Below, in pieces: positions 21,701 through 32,433 of a stretch of 64,000 bases of DNA. A model generated the notes under the pieces. That model was not told the DNA's origin. It did not search any database and saw nothing but the letters and a program-made list of their open reading frames with translations. The DNA is taken from contig NEEC01000021.1 in NCBI GenBank assembly GCA_002189035.1, positions 1 to 64,000 on the forward strand, read 5' to 3'. Position 1 is the stretch's first letter. Each line of letters starts with the position of its first letter. This DNA is from Utricularia gibba (lineage: Eukaryota > Plantae > Magnoliophyta). The position numbers were made by a program, and so were the translations under genes.

Positions 21701-23685
21701 AATTCCGGAAGCTCTTGCACAAGTATGGAGTGGGACACAAGGTATCAACTCCATATCACACACAAACCTGCAGACAAGTGGAGGTAACTAACAGGGAATT
21801 GAAGAGGATTCTGGAGCGTACGGTGGCCAAAACCCGCAAGGATTGGGCAACCAAAATAACTGATGCTTTAAGGGCTTATCGCACAACGTATAAGACTCCC
21901 TTAGGGACCTCCCCTTATCGTTTGGTTTATGGGAAAGTGATGACGCACATTTTTCCTGAAATTCATAATGCAAAATAGTTATATTTTATTATGGTTTAGG
22001 TTAGATAAATGTGGTTTTTCATGCTTTAGTGGTGTTTATGTTAATCCTATGTGATTATGTTGAAAAGTGGATTAAATCCTTTGATTTAGTCAACAACTCT
22101 TATTACTGATGTTTCAGTAAGTTCAGCAGGGAAATGAGCCGAAAATCAGACTGGCAAGCGTGTAAAAGAAGCAAAGAAGGGCGCAAAATCCGGGAAGGAC
22201 AAAGAGCATTGTTCTGCTGCCACCGCAGTCTGCAAGTTCAGGCCAGGAGCAGTACTGGCGGTCAGGAACAGTACTGACAGTCAGAAACAGTGCAATGGAG
22301 TGAAGCAAATGAAAAGGAAATTAATTCAAAAGAAGGCGAACGCGAAAAGAACACACAACGAGGGGGACGCAAAGGGGTCTTCTTCCCCAATGGGAGAAAC
22401 ACCAACCAGAGGGGGGAAGGGAGGCCTTCATCACCAAGAATAGCACCGGAGCCCAGTTCAGCGCTACTGTTCCTGGCTGTGAACAGTAGCTAACGGGCGG
22501 AAGAACAATCCTTATTTACTTTCTGTTTTCTGAACATTTCAAGTTTCTGCGTTTTACTTGTTTACAATGTTTCTACCATCTTAGGGATGCCTTAAGGTGA
22601 AGTGGTGTGGTGTGTGCTTAGGTTTCATGATGAAATTTATGTGTATTCCTTAACTCTTGTTTCTAACAAACCATGGGTAGACCTAAGGAGGGAAGCAAGT
22701 AGTTTCACAACTTAGATGCTTGGTTTAGAGGTAGACCAACAAACCAAGACGGGAGCAGTCGGTGTTAGTTCAGGGTAGAATCAGTAGAACCGGGTAGACC
22801 TAGTTCTATATGCCTTGCATGCGGGTAGACCTAATTGCAATGTGGGTTATGACATTGGGGACTAGCTTAAGCCAAAAATATGATGAATGACCTGGGTAGA
22901 CTTAGGTTATTTGAAGTTGTAAGTGTAGGAAGATAATAAATTGAGTTAGGAAGCTTAGTATAACACCACCCGCAGACCCTTAAGGCGTCCTCGTATTAAT
23001 CTGAGTCAAAACCAGTACCTATTACCCTAGCGTAGAAACCTGATATTACTTACCTACCTTGTTTACTGAACTTGCTTACCACTATTAGTTCGAGCTTAGA
23101 CTAAGACCTACTGTTATCCGAAATTATGCATGTACTAAAACACTTAGCAAGCACAAGCTCTTCATGATCGACCCCGATATCCACTATATAAGTTTTCCAA
23201 ATTTGTATTTTGTGTAGATTAGGGATTATAAATTTATTTGATATGGATTTTCTATTTTTATTTGCAACGATATTAGGAAAATTCCCGTTTATCAGAAAGC
23301 TTGTCACTTGCCTGTGGAATTAGAGCACAAGGCATATTAGGCTATCAAAGAATTAAATTTGGTTGCCAAGGCTGCTGGAGAGCAAAGGATCTTGCAACTC
23401 CAAGAGCTGGACGAGCTAACGATAAGTGCCTATGAAAATGCAACGCTGTACAAGGAACAAATGAAGGCTTGGCATGACAGTCACTTGCGCAAGAAGGACC
23501 TAGCAGAAGGTGACCCAGTTTTGTTATTTAATTCTCGTTTTCGTTTATTTCCAAGAAAGCTCAAGTCCAGGCGCCATACACCATCAAGAAAATCTACCCT
23601 AGTGGAGCAGTCCTCCATCACTCATCCTAACCATGGAGAATTCACGGTAAATATTCATAGATTGAAAGTTTTCATGAAGGGGTAA
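18779..23685 (+). pseudogene. pol: Athila protease, RT, RNase H and integrase, disrupted and split by a solo LTR
   Basis: [76 protein letters not shown]|ACHLPVELEH. Confidence 0.93.
21938..23294 (+). mobile_element. Gypsy solo LTR (1357 bp) inserted in the Athila integrase
   Basis: TGATGA...TTTATCA with perfect TSD GAAAG (21933-21937, 23295-23299). Removing it restores VYGKACHLP. Confidence 0.93.
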
Positions 23686-25214
23686 AATTTTTCATGGACA
23701 CATTGCATGTTCCAGTGGACCTCTCTCACCATCCCCCACCTTGATGAGAAAGCACCTATGGTTTACTTGTTGCCATTACAAAAACAAATGATTTCCCTTT
23801 TAGTTATTTTATTTTCGATTTTCTCTTGCATTTTTTTTTTTTTTCTTCTTTCTCTTCAATAAGCACAGATGCAATGGATATTTTGAGGAAAAATTCCACA
23901 CTATTAGATACATCAGAGCACCTGACGAAAGGTAAGTGTTTCTGCCCATCTTTAGGACAAGATGTCATTTAAGTGTGGGGGGAATAGTTTACTTTTTAGA
24001 TTGTTTTTCATACCTTTAAAAAAAAATTCGAAATTTGGCATATATTTCATTAATCAACTTCTTGCATTTTATGTTTTGCTTGAACCTAGGCATCTGTTTT
24101 TGGTATTATTTTTTCAAGATAGTTGCTGTAAATTAGAATTTTGGTATGCCTGTTGCTATGTTGTTTCTTGGCATGCTGTTACTTTCTGTCTCTTGCGCAA
24201 GCTACATAGCCCTAGTTTCTTGGTGAGAAGACCATTTTCTTTTCATTATGAGTGACTTGAATGCAGAATGATCATAGACTTGTTCTTGTGCATACTGCTG
24301 AGTTATTTTGCAGGTCCTGTGCAAAAGGATTGAGGCACTAGGATTTGCCTTGTTTTATCCCAATATCCCACCTTGAATCCACTTAGTGAGCCCCACTTGG
24401 CCTGAAACCTTTTATTTGGATCACCACATTAGAAACCAAATCCGTTTTGACAATTATAGCCTACATCAATTTCTCTTGACCCAAGGAATGAGCATTTGGA
24501 AAATAGGTTTGTTCGTTTGCTTGCGCAAGTTGCAGAACCAGGAGCTCTATTGCAAAGAAGAAGAGTTGAGAGCGATTTTCAATTCACTGATCAAGCTCTA
24601 ACTCAGGAATTTATGAAAGGATTTTCAATAACATCCTGTCTGAGAGAGAGTTGATTTTGAGGTCAAAAAAAAAAAAAAGAAGGAAAAAAAGAGAAAAAGA
24701 GAAGAAAAAGATGAGAAGAAGAGAGAAAAAAGGCTGAAAGGTTGGAACAAGCCACAAAACTGAAAGAGAAGGAGTTTTTTGGAGCACAAAAATTAGAGGA
24801 CAAGCATGGCAGAATTTTTTGATGGATGCTCACTCTTTATTACCCATGAAATGGAGCCTCCAGCTGAATTTCCCACCTGTCCCAAGCTCCTGCCATGCTA
24901 CAACCCGTGAAAAAGATCTCATGATTGTGCAAGCTTGCTGAAACCAGTGGATCACTTGTGCAAGTTTACTGACTCGCCTACATTCAGGTATTGAGTGAAC
25001 CTTTTCATTTTACCCTCCTCTTATGGATTTTTCTTCTTGAGCATATTGAGTGACACCTGTGAGGAGTAGCCACGTGCAAGGGGAGCTAGTTTATGGTATG
25101 CCATTGAATAACTTATGCATATTGTTGCCTTAACTCTATTTGCAAGCTACTATTTTGAAAGAAAATGCCTTGAACAATAGCTTGAGGACAAGCAAACATT
25201 TAAGTGTGGGGAGT

Positions 25215-26041
25215 TGATAACTGATTTTGTGTCACTTATATAAAGATCCAAACGCGAAGACCTAGAAGGAGAGTCAAGGGTGGACGACCAAAGAATCAAT
25301 CTAGGGTTTAGAGTCGAGTCTAGTATGTTTTGGATTCCTTTCTTTTCGTTTTTCATCAACTTTTTTTGTTTAGAGTTAAGCATGTGCGTGTGAGCGCTTG
25401 TGGTTGAGGATCTGCTGTGAAGCCTTGCTTGCGCAAGTTCTGCGCGTGTGACTGACTTACCATATTTTTCAGCATTTAATTTGAGTCATGATTCTATTTT
25501 TCGCAACGTTTTCTTTACCAACGTGATCTTTAGTACCATATAGCCCTAAGGGAGTGAAGGAGAATCAAAGATTGGCCTCAAACACCTAAGTAGAAGGGCT
25601 CAATCGGACATCGTTGGTAAGGCACATTCTGTTTAATCTATCTGCGAGGTGAGAGGTGTAGGGGTTAGATTTGGGTGTGGGGAAAACATGGGTTATCACA
25701 AGAGGTGAAATGGCTCTGGTGGCGTGGTTGATTCCATAATCCCACAAAATAAGGGGCGGTGCTATAACGGTCACCGAGTAGCACTATTTTAGCATAACAC
25801 CCCCAAAGCTTGCGCAAGCAGGTTAGTTCTCAAGGTTTGCACACACGCAGGGGCGATTTTCAAGTAAGGTGGTTCTTAGATCCAATGTCACTTTTCTTAT
25901 TGTCTTCAAAACCAAATCTTTCTTTTGTTTTTGATCTTTTTGAATCTTTATTTGAAAAGAATATTCCAATAGCAATTCCCTGTAGATACGATCTTATTTT
26001 ATTACTTCGACGGTTTCTGTGCACTTGCAGAATTACCATCA
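25215..26041 (+). repeat. Athila 3' LTR (827 bp, with a 365-bp internal deletion relative to the 5' LTR)
   Basis: Preceded by PPT TTAAGTGTGGGGAGT. The junction CACTTATAT|AAAGATCC joins 5'-LTR positions 15225 and 15591. Confidence 0.93.
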
Positions 26042-26450
26042 AATATAGCGAAAAAGAATTAAGTCATGCTCATATTGACAAGCATAAAATCAAGGAAAAC
26101 AAAGAAAACAAAGATTGGATGTTTTTTAATGTATTTACTAATAAAATTATACATTTTAAATATGATTTTATATATGTTTTGAATTTACATTATTATTATT
26201 ATTATAATAAAATTGATTAAGTCATCGATTTAACAATGTTTTGTTTTGATATCCTATTTAGTGAGTTTCGTAGCAAGTTTTTTTTTTTATCAAACCACCA
26301 CCAATTCTATATATAAAATAGGTGGCATCCAATACAAGGTAAGGGAAACTTTTGTTGCAAAATGTAGTAACAGCCGAAAAAAAAAAATATGAAAGAAAAC
26401 ATATATGACAAGAACATGGAGAAAAAAGAATATATTCTACAGGGGGTGAT

Positions 26451-26925
26451 GGCATATTTGACCTAAAACTTTGTATTTTTGGTATTTTTGACCCATAGCA
26501 AAATGACCGATTTGGCATGTTTGACTCGAACTGTGACCGATTTGGCTTATATGATTCAAAATTTTTACAAAATGGCATATTTGACTTATAAAAAATTTAG
26601 TACATGATATATTTAACCCATAAAAATTTAGTTTTAATACTTTTGATCTATAAAGTTTCATAACATGGCGTATTTGATCCAAAAAAAAATTAATAAAACT
26701 TTACAATGGTATTCATTTGATCCAATCAATTTGTTGTTGGTCTCATCTACAGTGTTCAACTAGAATATTTAACCAAGAATTTGGCATATTTGACCTTTAT
26801 ATTTTAACAAATTGGCATTCTTAACCCTTGAAATTTATTAAATGTGTATATTTAACCCACATAATTTAAAAAATTGGTATAATTAATCCAACAAGTTTAT
26901 TAAATTAGTATAATTAACCCATAAA
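26451..26925 (+). repeat. Degenerate ~31-bp tandem array (GGCATATTTGACC core), probably one arm of a long MULE/foldback-type TIR
   Basis: Cores at about 26451, 26481, 26514, 26544, 26574, 26606, 26636, 26667 ... 26907. Partly repeated at 62880-62930 and 63700-63830. Confidence 0.6.
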
Positions 26926-28925
26926 ATTTAACATACTTTTTAAAAAATCGAATCATCTTCAATAGAAATGTTGGTCGATAAGGGTCATGTACATTGACCA
27001 ATTTTTATGAGTCCCATCGCTTGGCCTTTGACTAATTCAAAAGTCGTTTACATAACTTGATACGTCATCTGCACCTAGCACCTCTTGGAGGAACAAATGA
27101 AGTGGACTCTGTAGATAAATAAATTTATCCTCACCTTGGGTACATTCTCATTGGTAGGAAAAAATCACATTATTCACCTAATATAAAGTAAATATGAGTT
27201 ACCAAAAAAATAATATTTTACTTAACAAATACAACTATTCAAATGGCATATCGGGTTCAAAATTGATTTATATGTCAAGTCACCTATTAACAATGTGTTG
27301 AATGAATCATGCTGACCTTCATATGAACCCTAAAATATGATAAGAACGAACAAGTTAGGCTTGGTGGCCCTAACTTCTTATTCAATTTGCCTTAGCTAAC
27401 GATCTCAACAAAAATAACCACGATTTTAACTAAGATAAATTGCTATTGGAATATTCAAAAATAACCACGATTTTACTTCTTATTCAATAACGTTTTTTAT
27501 AAATAATTTATCTCTGAACTTATGAAATTAAATACTTAATCTCCTATGTTATCAAAACTAACTGATTTTAACTCTTAATGTCACATTGTTATTAAGAGTA
27601 TCTACAATTTGTATTCTTCCTTGTATGATAATCTTACTCTCGCTAAACTCTGAAAATTACGATATGTGAATGCGATATAATCCTAATAAGATATTTTGAT
27701 TTCTTCTTGTTTTTATGATATGAAAATCACAAATTTTTAATTATGTTTAGTTGTTTATTTTATAGTTTTAAAATAAAAGTACTTATATTAATCCATATTT
27801 TTAATTTATCATTAAAGGGGAGGCTGAAATTTAATTATTATAATTTTTAGTCTAGTTGACTTCCAATTTATTCTTTTTTTTTATTAAGGGGGGGGGGGGG
27901 GGCATGCTGTGTATAACTAAGAACCGCCCCTGCGTCTAAGTGCAAGGGTGCATCTTTCTTTCTCTTTCTATAAAATCTGGGAAAAAGACTACTAATGATA
28001 CCCCTATTTGAGTACAATTGCAACGCCATCCTCATGCAACTTAATACATATTTCGTGAAAGGAGTAATATAAATAATCATACTCCTGGATTGTCTTGTTT
28101 ACTTCATTTGCATATATAGCTGAGTTTTTAGCAGCTTCCCTCTTGACCTTTTATGTTTGCTTGGCATTACTTTTCTTTTGCATGTTTTTGTTGTTCCTTT
28201 GCAGTCCTCTCAATCTTAGAATCTAATGGGAGAAGAGCTCCAGGTCTAAAGGAATGCAAACGCCTTTACTACAACACTTAAAAAGTACATAGCTCCATAG
28301 CAATGACACTATTTGGTAAAAGAAAAATTTTTGAATTGTCACGAGTCAAAAAATCTCTCCATCAAAATATTTATATATCAAACATACAACTTACAAATAT
28401 TTTAGAAATAAATATTATAGTAGTATGTCCAAATCAATTCACAAAGAACAATGGGATTTTAGTTCTAAGTTATATGTGTATGCTAAACCAAATAAAGATA
28501 TCAACAAGATGCTTAACGAAGCAATGTGTAAATAGATTACTTCACATACTAACTATGAAAGCAGTAAAAATACGAAAAAACTAGGGCTTTGACTAAATAT
28601 ATATGCTAATCCATAAACATTAAACATTGTTACAGTCTACTAGCAGTCATCAAAGTCATTGAAAAACTTGTAAAAACATGTCAATCTAGCACATCCTGAA
28701 ATAAATGCAATTTTTCCCGAAAGGAGTAAAATGTGTCGCAACAAAACAAACAGCATTCAACTTAAAACAAAAAAAAATGTGTTGAGTTGCTAGTTAAATA
28801 AAATAAAAAAATCAGTAAATGTCTAGTTTCTTATTCTTCTTCTCTCTAGCCAGATCTGCTACAAAAGCTCCTATTTAACAATGTCCAAGTTTTCCTCCTC
28901 TTTCCTCTATCGAGAACACTATGGT

Positions 28926-31419
28926 TAGGATGTTATGGCGAACGAACAATTCATGTTCGAATTGCGTTCGATTTGATTAAAATCGTTTATTTTCATTTGA
29001 ATAGTAGAATTGAACGAACGTGAACAAAATTTATGTTCAATTACTTAAATTAACGAACATAAACAAACAATTGAACATAATCAAATATAATTGAACACAT
29101 TTAATTATACATATATAATTGGAGAATATAAATACTCTCCAACCCTAGCACACGGCACCCCCCATTCCCATCCCTTTCATTCAACCAAATACCCCAATTA
29201 ATATTGTTTACAAGTAAAGATTGATGAGGTGATGTGATGATTATTCATTTTTTCTTTGATTTTGTAGTATATTAAACCGATTAGTATAACCGTTGACTTC
29301 ATTATCCATCAATGTTTTATCTATTCTTTCAATTCAAAAAAACATGATCTGATGCATATATACTTTAACTCTTTTGTTTCTCATTTATTGATTATTTTTA
29401 CAGTGATATGAATATATGAATTTCTTCAATTGAGGAAGAGGAAGAAAATCTGAAAGTTAAAGAAGTAGAAAAGCTTTTGAAAAAAGAAAAAGAAAGAAGA
29501 CATCCAAAGTATGGGAGTCAATAGTGGAAGTTATTAGCGAAAATGGTTCAAAGATTGCAAAATGCACATTATGCAAACAACAATTTAATCTGCTAGCATG
29601 CGAAACAATAACTCAGTTGCATTGACATTTGAAAGATTGTGTTCCAAAACATGAACGCATGGTTCAAAGCAAAAATTTAAATCAACAGCTATTGTCTTTT
29701 TTTAGTGATGATATCTCTAATCCCTTATCTTTTAATTATGATCATGCTAAAGTGAGGGAACTTGCTGTCATATGACTCTTGCTCATGAGTATCCTTTTAA
29801 GATGATGGAGCATGTGGTTTTAACAAGTTCTTGAATGCAATTTTCCCATTTTATGTTGAGATTAATAGACAAGGAGTGAAAAAAGATTGTCATGTTATAT
29901 ATAAATTGGAAAAAACTAGTTAAAAATATTGTTGAAGGATGTGAAGAGAATTTTTATTACAACTGATTTGTGGAAATCTGTTGAAAAACTATAATATATG
30001 ATTATAATAGTACATTTTTTTGGATCATAATTGGAGCTTACGAAAATGAGTGTTAAATTTTTGCAATGTGCCATCTCCCTATACAGGAGTTATTATTGCA
30101 GATGCTCTGATGAATTGTTTTACTGATTGGAGGATTGAAAATAAAGTATGCAATATCACAGTTGATAATGCTACTTATAATGATATATGCATACAGATAT
30201 TCAAAGAGAGCTTTTTGATGGAAAAGAATTTGTCTATTAAAGATCAGATATTTCATGTTCTTTGTTGTGCTCATATATTAAATCTTTTGGTACAAGATGG
30301 TTTGAATGAAATTGGTGATGTTGTTGATTGTATTAGAAATGAATTCAAATATTTGAATAGTTAAAAGGCTCGTTTGATAGAATTTGGAAAGATAAAAAAA
30401 AATGTTACAATTGCTTATCAGAAAATTGATTTTGGACTACCCTACTGGATAAAATTCTATATACATGACATTGTCATATGTATTGGAAGTTAAACATGTA
30501 TTTATGAGATATAAAGAAAGAGATATTGGTTTTTATTATGTTCTTATTATTGATGAGTGGTTACAAGTGCAGCAAGTATGTGATTTTTTGGCTTGTTTTT
30601 ATTTGTTAACGAACATTATTTGAGTTTCATATTATTCAACCTCTAATCTTTTTCTCACAGAGCTTCGTAGATTGAAAGAACTTTTGGTTGAGAAAAGTTT
30701 AGATCCTAATGCTCGTGTAAGGGCTATGACTTTTAGCATGAGTTTGAAATTTGATAAGTATTGAGGTGAATGCAATATGGTAATAGTATTAGGAATAGTT
30801 TTAGGTCCTAAATTCAAATTGAAGCTATTGGAATTTACATTTCCAATATTGTATGGCACATGAGAAGATTGAGGAAATCAATAAAGTATTAATTGATTTA
30901 TGTAATGAGTATGCACTGTCTCAGACAACATTTTAGTTTAATAACAATTATATTTCAAGAAAGTATTGATTGATTGAAATATTGTCTCATGCATATTTAC
31001 TTCAATATATCTAAATAATTAGTTTAATAACAATTATATTTTTGTGAAGCAAATCGGACTTCAACGAGAACAAGAGATTTGTGGTAGCAACATAGGTGTT
31101 GAAGCAATTGAAGAACAAGAATATGATACATATATTTCATTTCTAGAATAAATATTAGTTTATTTTGTTTGTTATTTATTTTATTAAAAACATGAATAAT
31201 AATAATATTTTATATTTAAATTTGAATTTTATAAATATATTTCTAATTTTAAATTAATTTCGAATATAAAAAATTATAAATTTAACTTTATTTGTGAATA
31301 TTCGTGAATGTTTGTAAATATTAAATAAACGAATATGAACAAAAATATTGTTTGATTAACTTAAATAAACAAACATGAACATTGTTGTTTGTGTTCGTTC
31401 GTTCAAAATAACATCCATA
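28926..31419 (+). mobile_element. Defective hAT element (2494 bp)
   Basis: TIR TAGGATGTTAT / reverse complement TATGGATGTTAT; 8-bp TSD ACTATGGT/ACTATAGT; subterminal CGAAC/GTTCG repeats. Confidence 0.88.
29430..30930 (+). pseudogene. hAT transposase remnant (BED finger, DDE core)
   Basis: SKVWE..AKCTLCKQQ..HLKDC, HEYPF, TTDLWKS, ITVDNATYND, FHVLCCAHILNLLVQDGL, with many stops and frameshifts. Confidence 0.9.
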
Positions 31420-31859
31420 ACTATAGTAATGTTTCCTTTAGGGAGACTGATTTTTCCTATTTCTCTTTGAAAGACTTGGTATGCAATCTTCTTTCAGGTT
31501 TTCAATTCTAATTGTTGCCTCATCAGCCAACTTTTTTAGATGAACAAATCTTGGGACTTCTCCACCACTTCAGTGAATGCTCTCCCTTTCTTGCGTATCA
31601 TGTGTGTTTTTTTTTTCTTTTTCTCTTTTTTAGCATCCCACTAAAACTCCCTTTTTCAAATTTGATCTCCTCTTGTTCAAATAACACAACCTTTGGTCCA
31701 TCTTGGTACTAAACTAAAACAAAATTGAGTTGTCTCATGTTTTGCTTATGCATAAATAGAGGTTATGTAATTTGGACAATTTCTTCTTTTAAATCATGTA
31801 TTTCTGACATGTTTTTCATGAAACACGGATACTAAAATATCCAGACAAATACATATCAT

Positions 31860-32244
31860 CAAGCATTGGACGGTGCAGCAAGCTCTTATGCTTCAAATAC
31901 AATAGACCAAATACCTTGTCATTTCATATAGGCAGACATCCCATTAACCACTTAAATGTAGGAGGACCAGAACATGATTTCTCCATGACAGAAAAACAAG
32001 GATATTAACCTGCTCTGATACAAATGTTGAAAACAAAACATGTGTACACATTTCACAGATCATCATTTTTTAAGAACTGGAAAATTGTTCAACAAAAACT
32101 CAAGGTTTAAGAATGGATATCTTCTTTTTGATAACCCCGCAACATAGTTACTACACTTATAAAATATTGATAAATGCTTATAAAAGAACCCACTACTTCA
32201 AACGAAACTGAAAGAACAGATGAATTAGAACAAATTATCAAACA
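31860..32244 (-). mobile_element. Copia remnant: LTR (~32026-32244), PBS-like site (~32011-32023) and gag start
   Basis: GCTCTGATACAAA lies next to TGTTG..; minus strand reads GPPTF..MSAYMK*QGIWSIV. Confidence 0.5.
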
Positions 32245-32433
32245 GCATCATCGGCAGTTACATTTCTAAAGCAATTCCTTCGCATTAAACCACTAAGCCC
32301 AGCAACATTACTAATTGCATAGGCAATTATATTAAGTTTCAAATCTCTATTGATAATTACATTCGAAGTTGTAGAAGTAGTAGTTATATTTCTAACTTGT
32401 TTTCTAATAAACATAGATCTAGTAGTGATGGGA

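Larger units (their letters stand above)
15199..26041 (+). mobile_element. Athila-type Ty3/gypsy retrotransposon (10843 bp)
   Basis: TGATAA...CCATCA ends, perfect TSD AATAT (15194-15198, 26042-26046), tRNA-Asp PBS, PPT, gag-pol. An empty site is present near 62360. Confidence 0.96.
13625..27097 (+). repeat. Segmental duplication, copy A (13625-15198 plus 26042-27097, split by the Athila)
   Basis: Colinear, about 90% identical by eye to 60814-64000. Confidence 0.93.

Noticed and set aside
27810-27935. G15 run and CCGCCCCTG, resembling an hAT-MITE end
   Set aside because: No convincing partner TIR or TSD found.
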